Shown piece after piece: positions 51,421-63,430 of a stretch of DNA of 64,000 nucleotides (positions are counted from its first letter, which is position 1; each line of letters opens with the position of its first letter). This stretch comes from Octopus vulgaris (taxonomy: Eukaryota). Under the pieces are notes generated by a model. It was not told the origin of the DNA, did not search any database, and saw nothing but the letters and a program-made list of their open reading frames with translations. Where the stretch lies: positions 19,468,001 through 19,532,000 of the forward strand of contig OX597825.1 in the NCBI GenBank assembly GCA_951406725.2, given 5' to 3'. The position numbers and the translations under genes were made by a program.

Positions 51421-51427
51421 ATTATTT

Positions 51428-51653
51428 AAGGTGGTAAGCTGGCAGAATCGATAGTACACCGGGCGAAAAGCTTAGGAGTATTTCGTCTGCCGCTAGGTTC
51501 TAAGTTCCAATTCCGCCGAGGTCGACTTTGTCTTTCATCCTTTCGGCATCGATAAATTAAGTACCAGTGAAACGTGAAACACTGGGGTCGATGTAATCGA
51601 TTATCCACCTCCACGAAATTTCAGGCCTTGTGCCTATAGTAGAAAGGGTTATT
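51428..51653 (+). mobile_element. SINE family A (type-2 tail), directly downstream of the previous copy
   Basis: AAGGTGGTAAGCTGGCAGAATCG..core..AAATTTCAGGCCTTGTGCCTATAGTAGAAAGG. Confidence 0.87.
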
Positions 51654-51733
51654 GAAGAAGGGTTAATATAATCGACTAGCAGTCCAACGAAACATATCAC
51701 ATTCTGCTTGTTATATATATATGTATATGTATG

Positions 51734-51780
<47 letters not shown>

Positions 51781-52946
51781 TTTATCGGGAGTGTCTTTGC
51801 ACACATTTTTACAGAAATCTTTTTAATGTAATGGGAATTTTTTCTTTTTAAATTTGTTGGGGGGATAATATTAAGTAGAACAGGGTCTGTTGAGGAAAAG
51901 ATATTGTCGTTATGCACTTAAGTGTTGTGAAGATAAACTGTGTAGGAGGCGCGTACCGAATATACTCTCAAGGGTTTGATCAACCCGGGGCTATATTAAA
52001 AGATACCCAACCAAGCTGCCACGCAGTGGGATTGATCCCGGAACAACTCATCCACAACAGCGCCTTCGCAAATATTCTCACTATGCCTTGATTTCCGTGT
52101 TTTTTTTTAGTGAAGCATGGTGATAAACTAAATGCTATATACGCTTCTAAAATAGATATTGCTTATAACCTGCAACTATGTGTTTTGTGGCAATTTATTG
52201 TCTTCTTTATCCCTAAGACAATTATTCTATCCTGACAATACAAAAAATACACACACATCCTCACAGATGCTGTTTATCTAAAGGACCTACAGTGATATCA
52301 TTCCATTTCAGTGAGTTTCGAGATGATCGTCTGAAGCACATCTTTAGGCGGAAAGTAGCTTCCGAATGAATGGTGTACGCATCCATAAATATTCACAGGG
52401 CATTTAATAAATAGTCTGGTGTGACTGGCGCCAAATACTACAGCTGCTGCTGTGCCTACGTTTGTATGCGTATTTCTTTTTTGATTCTTGGGTTTAGTTT
52501 TGTCTAATGTATTTCTTTTGGATTTATGAGTTTTGTTTTGTAGTAGAGTTTAGTGTGTGTGTATATGTATGCGAATGTCCGTCTGTTGTGAATGTGGTTC
52601 TATGAGGTTATGCTGCGTGGGTTATTTGGTACGAGTGTGAGGGAGTATGATTGTTGGGGTGTAACGGGTTTAGAAGTGCGTATGTATACGATTGGTTGTA
52701 TGCGTGTGTATGCATGTATTTACGTGGTTTTGCTTTCGCGTGCGTAGGAGTATGGACAAAGTAGATAACCGTAGGGTAGTGTACGAAGTGGCTAATGTGA
52801 GAGGAAATAGATTCTACGAGACAACTGAAGTTTTATGTGACTGCTTTTCATAGGGGCTTCATATTACACTTCCCGGATGTGCGTGTTTCCTGTATTCGCA
52901 CCTATGTGCACGCGTATTTTGGAGTAGGTTACAGTGTATGCATTCT

Positions 52947-53179
52947 GTTTCTTTATTACGTACAAGGGGCTAAACACAGAGGGGACAAACAAGGACAGGC
53001 AAACGGATTAAGTCGATTACATTGACCCCAGTGCGTAACTGGTACTTAATTTATCGACCCCGAAAGGATGAAAGTCAAAGCCGACCTCGGCGGAATTTGA
53101 ACTCAGAACATAACGGCATACGAAATACGGCTACGCATTTCGCCCGGTGTTCTAACGGTTCTGCCAGCGCGCCGCCTTA
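52947..53179 (-). mobile_element. SINE family A with 18-bp TSD
   Basis: TSD TTACAGTGTATGCATTCT at 52929-52946 and 53180-53197. Confidence 0.93.
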
Positions 53180-53380
53180 TTACAGTGTATGCATTCTAGT
53201 AACTAAATTATTCGTAATTTGTTATCTTATTTTATGTGCACGTATTTGTGCATGCACATCCAGTGCAAACACAAATAGCAACGCACCAAAAGCAGGCCTT
53301 TTTCTCTTATTATATAAATGATTTTGTTTTCTTTGCTTTTTTTCTGGTAGAGATACAACAGTTATAACTAAAAAGACTTA

Positions 53381-53610
53381 AGGCGGCGAGCTGGCAGAAA
53401 CGTTAGCACGCCGGGCGAAATGCGTTGCCGTATTTCGTCTGCTGTTACGTTCTGAGTTCAAATTCCGCCGAAGTCGGCTTAACCTTTCATCCTTTCGGAG
53501 TCGATAAATTAAGTACCAGTTACGCACTGGGGTCGAGGCAATCGACTTAATCCATTTGTCTGTCCTTGTTTATCTCCTCTATGTTTAGCCCCTTGAGAGT
53601 AGTAAAGAAA
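53381..53610 (+). mobile_element. SINE family A with TSD
   Basis: TSD TTATAACTAAAA(A)GACTTA at 53362-53380 and 53611-53628. Confidence 0.93.
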
Positions 53611-53651
53611 TTATAACTAAAAGACTTATCTATTCGCCTTATGAACTAGGC

Positions 53652-55217
53652 CAGGATTTCTCAACAGGGGTTCATATAAGTTGTTGTGGGGTCGACAGAT
53701 GGGATCTATTTTTTTTCTATCTCAAAATCTGCATTTTTTTTCAAAGACAGTAAAGTCTGAAAATTGGCTTTAATAATAAAGATTTCCAGTCTAATTACTA
53801 TGAAGGCATGATGGTGTAAAGAAAAAAATGGAGGAAAATGTTACAGAGCCTTAAAAATTAAAAAAATGTGTATTCTTAGCCAATAGCGAGACAGAAATTT
53901 TCGGCGTTTAGCAGAGCGGTGTCAACTTTAAGACTGTACCTTGTGAAATTTATGGCTTTGCGTCTGTGAAATGACCTCTTCATTGTAGGTTTCTAAATAA
54001 ACAGAAATACCTAATAAAATCAATATGTATCATCTTACTGTTTCTTTTGTCTCTTCATTAATTTTAGGTTTTTTATTATTTTTTTTAAATTTGTCATATC
54101 AATATATTTGTCTGCATGTGTTTATTTTATGCGTATTTCACTATTATGTATACCTGTCATATATTTGTGTACATCATTAATATATGTGTGTGTGTCTCCT
54201 AAACTTCAAAGTTTAGTAACATTTTCCTGTTTGGATTTGTAAACTACGATAAGAATAACACTGGTCAAAAATTTGTCCCAAGATACCTGTATCTTATATG
54301 TTTTTGCATGAAGAATTCAAAATTATCGGTACTAAGTTCACATATTCCATTTACCTTCATAATGCCAAGAAGCTGTATTCATATCGCAAATAACTTTTGC
54401 TATAAATGAAAAATATGTAAAATATTATGACAATTGACGCAGAATATCTATAATAAAATTCTAATTGATAAATATAATTTTTTATTAAAACAAAACACGC
54501 GGGTGAAGTAAATCTCGTAGTGTAAAGAATCAACACAAGCGTGTTGTAACAAAACACTTTTAAACTTCGGACACTGGTAGAATGTGTCATATAAAACATG
54601 TTGCACTCTTAGAATATTTGAGAAAAAAACTTATATTTGCTAAGATATTTCACCTTAAAGTTCTTGTATTTCGGTAATTTCAACCAATCAATGACGTGTA
54701 TTCAACAAGAAATTCCGGCGGTGTATATTTCGTTTGTCGCTGTTATGTCAACCCTAACTGTAACCCTAAAACCCTAACTCTAACCTATAACCCTAACACT
54801 AAAACCTTAAAACCAGTACAAACGCACGAACGATGTCATAAATAACAATGACAAAGGAAAAATTCACCACCGATAGTTGTTGTTGACAAACAACGGCAGT
54901 AATTTTATTCAGCTGAATACACGTCATTGATTGGTTGAAATTATCGAAATACGAGAACTTTAAGGTGAAATATTTTCGTAAATATAAGTTTTTTATCAAA
55001 AATGGTAAGAATAAAACATATTTTACATGATACATTCTACCAGTGTCCGAAGTTTGAAAGTGTTTAGTTACAAAAAATTAGTTTTTAAATCTGTAGGTCA
55101 AAGGTAAAGATCCAAGATCCGATTTTTTAAACATCGTATCACTGTGAGGGTCAACACGAGTAAAATAAGAATCAAAGAGCTCTATAGGTAAAAAAAAGAA
55201 AGTGGTTAAGAACTCTG
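53652..55217. mobile_element. hAT (Charlie-like) non-autonomous element with nested insertions
   Basis: Ends CAGGATTTCTCAAC ... GTTAAGAACTCTG; flanks AACTAGGC / GTCTAGAC (diverged 8-bp TSD). Terminal segments are homologous to 57350-58095. Confidence 0.6.
54544..55073. mobile_element. Palindromic MITE-like element with degenerate (TAACCC)n core
   Basis: Arms 54544-54704 and 54914-55073 are inverted matches (e.g. AAACTTCGGACACTGGTAGAATG / CATTCTACCAGTGTCCGAAGTTT). AACCCTAAC-type repeats at ~54750-54813. Confidence 0.8.
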
Positions 55218-55684
55218 GTCTAGACGGACAAACTGTATAAGGTGTTGCCTTGGAGGGGGAGAGATATGCGCGAGCATGATTAATGAATAATATCCAAAAG
55301 ATATGAGTTTTGAAACACGTTGCTATTCTTCTCTCTAGCCCGGTGACAAAACCTCAACATACAAAATTTTGACAAAGAGAGATTCGAAAAGTTACGATCG
55401 TGCTATTCTTTGTGTTTTGAGATATTCTACCTTGGATTGGTGTATTTAATGTACGCATCATATTTCAGGTTAAATAATTGTTATTTGTATTTTTGCTATA
55501 GTTTGTAAAATGTGTAAAGAGGAAAGTAACAGTTTCGATATTCTTCTACCTTCACCGCACAGGGAACTTTTCTTTTTAATTAAATTAATTAATTAATTTC
55601 TGCAGGAACATTGCATAAAATCATTTGGTCTTAATGTACATTATTTACATTTGACGGATATTTGTCTTCATCTTGTTTGTTGTT

Positions 55685-55730
55685 AACACAACGTTTCGGC
55701 TGATATACCCTCCAGCCTTCATCAGGTGTC
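55685..55730 (-). ncRNA. Minimal type I hammerhead ribozyme motif
   Basis: Minus strand GACAC-CTGATGA-A-GGCTG-GAGGGTATAT-CAGCC-GAAA-C-GT-T-GTGTT: stem I GACAC/GTGTT, perfect 5-bp stem II, loop-less palindromic stem III (ACGT), GTT triplet. Confidence 0.85.
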
Positions 55731-56052
55731 TTGGGGAAATTTCGAACCTGGGTTCTCATTCCTAAGGTATTTTTCGGTGTTATTCTTCGTATTATTATTG
55801 TTATTACTATTATATTCAGGTCACTGCTTGGAATCAAACTCGGAATCTTGGAGTTAGTAGCTCTCGCTCTGAACCACTATGTCACGGGCATATGACATAG
55901 TGGTTAAGAGCGCGAGTTACTAACCCCAAGATTCAAAGTTCGATTCCAGGCAGTGACCTAACTAATAATAATAATAATAATAATAATGATGATGATGATG
56001 ATGACATCGAAAAATACCTTAGGAATGAGAACACAGGTTCGAAATTGCCCAA

Positions 56053-56098
56053 GACACCTGATGAAAGCTAGAGGGTATATCAGCCGAAACGTTGTGTT
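56053..56098 (+). ncRNA. Minimal type I hammerhead ribozyme motif (second arm; stem II mutated)
   Basis: GACAC-CTGATGA(56058-56064)-AAGCTAGAGGGTATATCAGCC-GAAA(56086-56089)-CGTT-GTGTT. Confidence 0.8.
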
Positions 56099-57349
56099 AA
56101 CAACAAACAAGATGAGGACAAATATCCGTCAAATGTAAATAATGTACATAATTCCTCATCTCTTAAATATAGAACTGTATTGGTCTTAAGGTTTATAATA
56201 ATGACGCCAGCATGTTTCGAACCAGTACCACACGTTTGTGACGCCAGTGGTGATGATTTTGCACTTAAGGAAAATGAAAGGTGAACATCAACTTTTATCC
56301 GATACGACTTCAGCAAGTATCGAAACCTCATTGGTCTGCTTGTATTTACTAACTTTTACTTACTACAGTAAACGAAATGTGATGAGATACGTTTCAAAAT
56401 ATATCTGTTTTTGCTACTAAATTTTCAAAGACTTGCACCAACTTGTTAAGGTTGAATTAAGCAACTCCAGGCAGGTGTTATACGTAATTGAAATGGTTAT
56501 AGAATAAAGGGAGTTACGGCATCGATAACATGCTGATGTATTGATGAAAGAAAGATGAAAGTCCTGCTTGCGTGTAACTCAGCTGTTAACAGATGTGCGG
56601 CCATTGACAACTATAGAACAAAGTTCACAATAGTGAATCAAAGCTAGGAAATTAAATTTATCTTTAGTGTTTATTCCTCTCATCACATATGTTATTCAGA
56701 ATTATCTCTTTACGATCTTCACAAATACGTGTAGTATTTATAATGAACTCTGGGTAGATATTTACTAATACCTCATCTAAATCTGTTTTGAATATCTCGT
56801 ATCTATTTTTGCTTGTCTATATTTTTCAATGCACTTTGACGAAGTACGTCTAAGTTATTTGCGAGTGGACGGGAGAGGAGAGGAGTTTATCAAATCCACC
56901 CCAGTAATGTACTAGTAGTAGTAGTAATAGTTATTTTATAGATTGAGTATGCCTGCGAATAAATGGTATTTGTTGTGATTTGCACTTAGAATGTGGTGGG
57001 TGAGGGTTTCTTACTGCCAGTTTGAAAACTCAATCTTTCCTGCATAATTTACATAATATTGATTTCTAACTTCGATGAAAGAACACATACTTAACTTAGT
57101 GGGAAGAAGCATTTCACCATAAATAACAAAGTACTTGACTGGACTTTATTTCATCGACGTCGAAGGCTAAATGCAAAACTGAGCTCGGTGTAACTTGACT
57201 TAATATAACAAAGGTCCGTAACAAGACACCCCACAGCATTCTGTTCTATGCTATCAATTCTACACCTTAACTACACTTATTAATCCAAACCACCTTCGTA
57301 ATATTCTCATGAGCCGGGGGTTTTAAAAGCAGGCTTTGGCATTCTAAAA

Positions 57350-58095
57350 CAGTAGTTTTCAACCGGGGTCTATACGCCACATGAGCATGGGGGTCCATAT
57401 AAGATTTTTGGGAATCACACAACAGAATAGTAAATCGGGGATCCACAGGTGCAAATGAGAGTATCTGTATCAAACTCCATTCTTCACCAAGTGCCACATA
57501 TTAGACGAGGTTCGTCGTAATAACAGTGTAGCACAAAACGGCGGTGCATCAGCATGGCCGCAGCTCTGAGCTGAAACTAGAAATTTAAAAAAAAATTATT
57601 TTAAGGGCCCTGAAAAACTTTTGCTTTAGATGTATGTATTGGTATTTATTGCGAGAAGCGGTTAGGATTTTTTTCTCTAGCATTTTATATAGATCAACCT
57701 ACACAAGTTAATGTGTGGGAAAAAAAAAAAGGAATTTTGAAATAAATTTCTATAAAACAAGTTTTTAGACATAGAATGACTAGAGATGTCCACCGGAATA
57801 AAATATTAATCGAAAGGTGTCTACGCAATATTAAATTGGGGATCCACAGTAGAATTCTACGGGTCCCTGAAAAAATTTTGCTTTAGATGTATGTATTGGT
57901 GTGTATTGCAAGAAACTGCTAAGTTTCTTTCTCTAATATTTTTTACACGTGTTAATGTGTGAAAAACAAATATAGGAATTTTGAAAGATTCTATAAATCT
58001 AGTTTTCAAACATCGAATGGCTATGGATATCCACCAGAATAAAATGACAATCAAAGAGGTCCATAGGTTAAAACAAAAGTGGTTGTAAACCCCTG
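57350..58095. mobile_element. hAT (Charlie-like) MITE with 8-bp TSD and an internal duplication
   Basis: CAGTAGTTTTCAACC ... GGTTGTAAACCCCTG; TSD TTCTAAAA (57342-57349) / TTCTAAAT (58096-58103). The block TTTTGCTTTAGATGTATGTATTGGT occurs at ~57619 and ~57876. Confidence 0.85.
57463..57596 (+). mobile_element. Retroelement 3' end nested in the hAT MITE; near-identical to 42100-42235
   Basis: Same ~120-nt sequence with essentially the same 5' start, followed by an A-rich tail. Confidence 0.82.
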
Positions 58096-58609
58096 TTCTA
58101 AATGAAGAAATCAACTATTCCTTAATACCAAATTCAAAAGTGAAAGACAGCACATTGGATAATGTAATTCTAGGTTCCTAAAATGACTCGACGCGGATAC
58201 ACGTAGGGTAGTTATTAGGGTGATTCTTGGGCGGTGCGTTGTGTTCTTGATCAAATCTACCCAGCCGGCAATGATAAATAATCGTGCGATAGACTGACGT
58301 CTCATCCAAGAGATGGGAAATGTAAGTCACAGAATCTTGGATAATGGCTTTAAGGGTCCATCGCTCGAGAAGGATATTTCATGCCATTTTATAAAAACTC
58401 TATAATTAAGGGTGAATTCTTTGGATCATTGGTCAGCTCGAACAGGGTTTACCTGATATGAACTATTAAACAGCAGGATATTCCCACGATCGAATAAGTA
58501 CCAGGCTTTTAAAAAAGGACTGGGGCCGATTTGTTCGTCTAAAATACTCCAACACGGTGTCCCAACAAGACAACGGTCAAATGACTGATACAAGTAAAAG
58601 AAAGTTGTA

Positions 58610-58619
58610 TGTATGTATA

Positions 58620-58667
<48 letters not shown>

Positions 58668-58732
58668 ATGTATGTATATATGTATGTATGTATATACATA
58701 TATATATGTATGTATATACATATATATATATG

Positions 58733-58770
<38 letters not shown>

Positions 58771-58772
58771 CA

Positions 58773-58803
<31 letters not shown>

Positions 58804-59005
58804 TCATATACATACATATATACATATATATACATACATATATATATATATACATATATATATACATACATACACATATACACACACACATATATATATA
58901 TATGTATATATATATACATATATATACATATAGATACATATATATATATACATATACATACATATATATATACATACATATATATATATATACATACATA
59001 TACTT
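58610..59005. repeat. (TA)n/(TACA)n microsatellite flanked by decayed SINE family D fragments
   Basis: Read directly; SINE pieces at ~58490-58600 (+) and ~59020-59170 (-). Confidence 0.9.
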
Positions 59006-59344
59006 ATAAGCAGGGAGAGACAGGCTTTCACACAGTTTCCATTTACCAACTTCACACACAAGACATTATTTTTCCCAGGGCATGGAGGACACTTACCCAA
59101 ATTGTCACGCTGTGAGACTAACCCAAAACCGAGTGGCTGCCAAGTGAGCTGCTTTACCGTACAACCATAGAAGGTGCAAGTTTGCTGAAGGGTAAATCCT
59201 TTGAATCGAAATTCTTCGAAGTATTTATTCCTGTCATGTGTATTACTTTCAAAGATACAACAAAGTTGGAATTTTCAATTCATATAAAAACATTTCAAAT
59301 AGATTTAAAAGTTATATTTCTCAGATGCCATGAGAAAAGCAAAA

Positions 59345-59715
59345 ATATTTTATATAAACGGCAGTTTGTCTGCTGTGTGTGTCTGTTTGTTTGTACCCTC
59401 ACTCTGACCACTGCTTTCAACCGATTCTGATGAAACTTGACACACATAGCCCAATGTCATAATTCAAAACTAACGCAGCGAAAATTTTGAAAAGTTCCCC
59501 CAGTTCTGAAAAAGATCGATAAATTCGACATGGGGTCGACAATCAGAAATACAAACCACAGATGGTCATGGGGACGCAACTCGACCTTTTTAACTATCAA
59601 AAAAATTTACCATCTTTTTTTCCCATTTTTTTGCTATTTTTTGGTTATAACTCTCTAAAAATCCTTTATAGTTATTTCCCTTACAAACCCGAGCAACGCC
59701 GGGCGATACTGCTAG
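59345..59715 (+). mobile_element. Non-autonomous Helitron sharing its 3' end with 49818-50122
   Basis: Identical terminus TATAGTTATTTCCCTTACAAACCCGAGCAACGCCGGGCGATACTGCTAG|T. The 5' boundary is approximate. Confidence 0.8.
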
Positions 59716-59974
59716 TATTTTATATGGCTAAACAGAAGATACAAAGAGCTTTTTGACGCTAATGTTAAATTTCGATCTCATAGTTATAAGCATAACAAAG
59801 TGATAACGGTCCATGATGCACTGTTAAGTGTCTTGAGCGTGTAACGTTCTCGGAATACCCGAGGGAAGTTTTTCGAATGAATAAAATTTAAAATTCGCAT
59901 ATATATATGATGACTAGCATAAGGGGACTATCTGAAACTCTATCAATGGGGTATTTTGCTTTGTTGTAGTAACA

Positions 59975-60233
59975 TTAGTGGTAGTAGTAGCAGAGGCAGC
60001 AAAAGCAGTAATAGGTACAATCTTCGTCATCGCAGTAGTAGTAGTAGTAGCAACAGCTGTAGTAACATTATTAGCGGCAATAACAGCAACAGTAGTTGTA
60101 GTAGTAGTAGTAGTAGTAGTAGCAGCTGCAGTAGATGTAGTAGTGGCAGTAGTAGTAGCAGCAACAGAAGCAGCAGCAGTAGTAGTATTAGCAGCAGCAA
60201 CAGCAGCAGTGACAGTAGTTGTAATAGTAGTAT

Positions 60234-60272
<39 letters not shown>

Positions 60273-60383
60273 TAGTAGCAGCTGCAGTAGATGTAGTAGT
60301 GGCAGTAGTAGTAGCAGCAACAGAAGCAGCAGCAGTAGTAGTATTAGCAGCAGCAGCAGTGACAGTAGTTGTAATAGTAGCAT

Positions 60384-60419
<36 letters not shown>

Positions 60420-60539
60420 TAGTAGTAGCAGCTGCAGTAGATGTAGTAGTGGCAGTAGTAGTAGCAGCAACAGAAGCAGCAGCAGTAGTAGTATTAGCAG
60501 CAGCAACAGCAGCAGTGACAGTAGTTGTAATAGTAGCAT

Positions 60540-60578
<39 letters not shown>

Positions 60579-60698
60579 TAGTAGTAGCAGCTGCAGTAGA
60601 TGTAGTAGTGGCAGTAGTAGTAGCAGCAACAGAAGCAGCAGCAGTAGTAGTATTAGCAGCAGCAACAGCAGCAGTGACAGTAGTTGTAATAGTAGTAT

Positions 60699-60737
<39 letters not shown>

Positions 60738-60857
60738 TAGTAGTAGCAGCTGCAGTAGATGTAGTAGTGGCAGTAGTAGTAGCAGCAGCAGAAGCAGCAG
60801 CAGTAGTAGTATTAGCAGCAGCAACAGCAGCAGTGACAGTAGTTGTAATAGTAGTAT

Positions 60858-60896
<39 letters not shown>

Positions 60897-61013
60897 TAGT
60901 AGCAGCTGCAGTAGATGTAGTAGTGGCAGTAGTAGTAGCAGCAACAGAAGCAGCAGCAGTAGTAGTATTAGCAGCAGCAACAGCAGCAGTGACAGTAGTT
61001 GTAATAGTAGTAT

Positions 61014-61055
<42 letters not shown>

Positions 61056-61536
61056 TAGTAGCAGCTGCAGTAGATGTAGTAGTGGCAGTAGTAGTAGCAG
61101 CAACAGAAGCAGCAGCGTAGTAGTATTAGCAGCAGCAGCAGCAGCAGTGACAGTAGTTGTAATAGTAGTATCAGCAGCAGCAACAGCAGCAGCAGTAGTA
61201 GTAGTAGTAGTAGTAGCAACAGCAGCAGTGGCAATAGTAGTATTAGTAGTATAGTAGTAGTAGCAGTAGAAGTAACAGCAGCTGTAATAATAGTAGTAGT
61301 AGTAGTAGTAGTAGCAGCTGCAGTAGATGTAGTAGTGGCAGCAGCAACAGAAGCAGCAGCAGTAGTAGTATTAGCTGCAGCAACAGCAGCAGTGACAGTA
61401 GTTGTAATAGTAGTATCATCATCAGCAGCAGCAGCAGTAGTAGTAGTAGTAGTAGTAGTAGCAACAGCAGCAGTGGCAATAGTAGTATTAGTATTAGTAT
61501 TAGTAGTAGTAGCAGTAGAAGTAACAGCAGCTGTAA

Positions 61537-61593
<57 letters not shown>

Positions 61594-61615
61594 CAGCAGT
61601 AGCAGCAAGAGTAGA
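59975..61615. repeat. Higher-order minisatellite built from AGC/AGT triplets
   Basis: Marker GCTGCAGTAGATG at 60125, 60281, 60431, 60590, 60749, 60905, 61064 and 61317 (periods 156, 150, 159, 159, 156, 159, then 253). Confidence 0.95.
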
Positions 61616-62469
61616 GAATCGTAGTTAAGATGCATTGCACGATCTTCTGCAGCAGCAGTTTCTAATGAAAAATGATAATTCATACACATCTATAATTGTA
61701 TTTGAATTATAATTTTATAATTACAGTAGCTGCTGCGAGAGAGAAATCTTGAAATTGTGCTTTTGGGGTTGGGGGAAGATAAGATTGTTGTTTTCTTAAC
61801 GTTCATGTTCGTTTTTCACTCATGAAAACAAAGAAACACGAAAGCATGATTGAAAGATAACAAGAAAGTGATATCGTATGTGTGTTAGTGTCAGTGTTTG
61901 TGTATGAGAATATGCACATGGGTGTGTGATTGAGTGTGTGTGTGTGTGTGTGAAAGAGACAGACAAACAGAAAGACAGAGAGAGGAAGGGGAAAACATGG
62001 CCAAACACGAAAGCATGGCAGTTATTTATTCAATAAAATGCTAACCCAAATTTGACTTGAAACAATTTGAACTGACGTGGTGTTGCCAAATGTACACTGT
62101 ATGTGACAACTATTTCTGAAAAGTAAAACAAAAGGTCGTGGCATTGAGCGAGAGATGTTTCATAGTCAGATTAGAATGGTTTGGTCTGCGGTGGTCTGGT
62201 GTGGTCTGGTCTGGTCTGGCACGGTGTGGAGGTTTTTATAAAAGATAGAAATCAATATTTTTGGTTATGAATAACTTATATTATGCTAAGTAACACCGAG
62301 TTGTGTCCTATGATCAGAAATTTGAATTACGTGTATATAAATACAAAATATAGCAGGATTAAATATAAGAGCTAAAGAGAAACGGTTGTAGATATAAATA
62401 ATTATTAAGCTCCATATTTGGAATCATGCGTGCACATATATAAAGGTATAGGTACACACACACACGCAC

Positions 62470-62505
<36 letters not shown>

Positions 62506-62507
<2 letters not shown>

Positions 62508-62669
62508 GCGTAGGAGTGGCTGTGTGGTAAGTAGCTTGCTTACGAACCACATGGTTTCGGGTTCAGTCCCACTGCGTGGCAACTTGGGCAAGTGTCTACT
62601 ACTATAGCCTCGAGCCGACCAAAGCCTTGTGAGTGGATTTGGTAGATGGAAACTGAGAAGCCTGTCGTA

Positions 62670-62700
<31 letters not shown>

Positions 62701-62848
62701 GTCTGTGTGTGTGTGTGTGTGTTTGTCCTCCCAACATCACTTGCGTGTGTGTTTATTTCCCTGTAACTTAGCGGTTCGGCAAAAGAGACCGATAGAATAA
62801 GTACTGGGCTTACAAAGAATAAGTCCCACTGAAACAAGCAAAAGAGAG
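62506..62848 (+). mobile_element. SINE family D, near full length
   Basis: GGGCGTAGGAGTGGCTGTGTGGTAAGTAGC..GGGTTCAGTCCC..CTTGGGCAAGTGTC (CORE-like), (TA)/(TG) linker, 3' half ending CTGAAACAAGCAAAAGAG. Confidence 0.9.
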
Positions 62849-63275
62849 ATATATTGTTGTGTTGTTCCTTCTCAAGCTATGCGTGGCTCATAGGGCCGAT
62901 TTTCCGGTTTCTTTGGCGTATAGGTTCCACAATCAGCAACAAACATCAACACCGTTGAATTCGCCACTTTTCTCTCCACCACCAAAACCACTGCCTTTCA
63001 CATCCCTTACTTATCACGGTCATACTTGACCGCCTAAGCTACCGCCACTACCACCACTACCATCATCACCGTCGCCTCCGCCTCTATCACAACTACAGCT
63101 CATACTATTATTATCACCCCATTACCATCTCAACTGTCAATCTACTACCGCCGTCACCGTCTCAATGCCTACTATTACTCTCACCCCAGCAAGAGGAGTA
63201 GAAGAAGTGTTATTGAATATTGAGAGTGGGGGTCAAATCGTGACACACTGACACACAGAAATTCGTTTCCGCATT

Positions 63276-63277
<2 letters not shown>

Positions 63278-63338
<61 letters not shown>

Positions 63339-63374
63339 GAGTGAGAGAGAGGAATATATATGTGTGTGTGTATG

Positions 63375-63430
<56 letters not shown>
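63278..63430. repeat. (TA)n microsatellites
   Basis: Read directly. Confidence 0.95.

Larger units (their letters stand above)
55635..56179. mobile_element. Palindromic tRNA-headed, hammerhead-bearing non-autonomous retroelement with Penelope-like inverted structure
   Basis: Arms 55635-55884 and 55893-56148; one-sided ~30-nt tail 56150-56179; TSD TTGGTCTTAA at 55625-55634 and 56180-56189. Each arm has an A box, B box, (AAT)n linker and hammerhead. Confidence 0.9.

Noticed and set aside
59956-61689. 432-aa Ser-rich, 380-aa Val/Ala and 358-aa Leu ORFs
   Set aside because: Triplet minisatellite open in several frames on both strands, which is expected from its composition alone.
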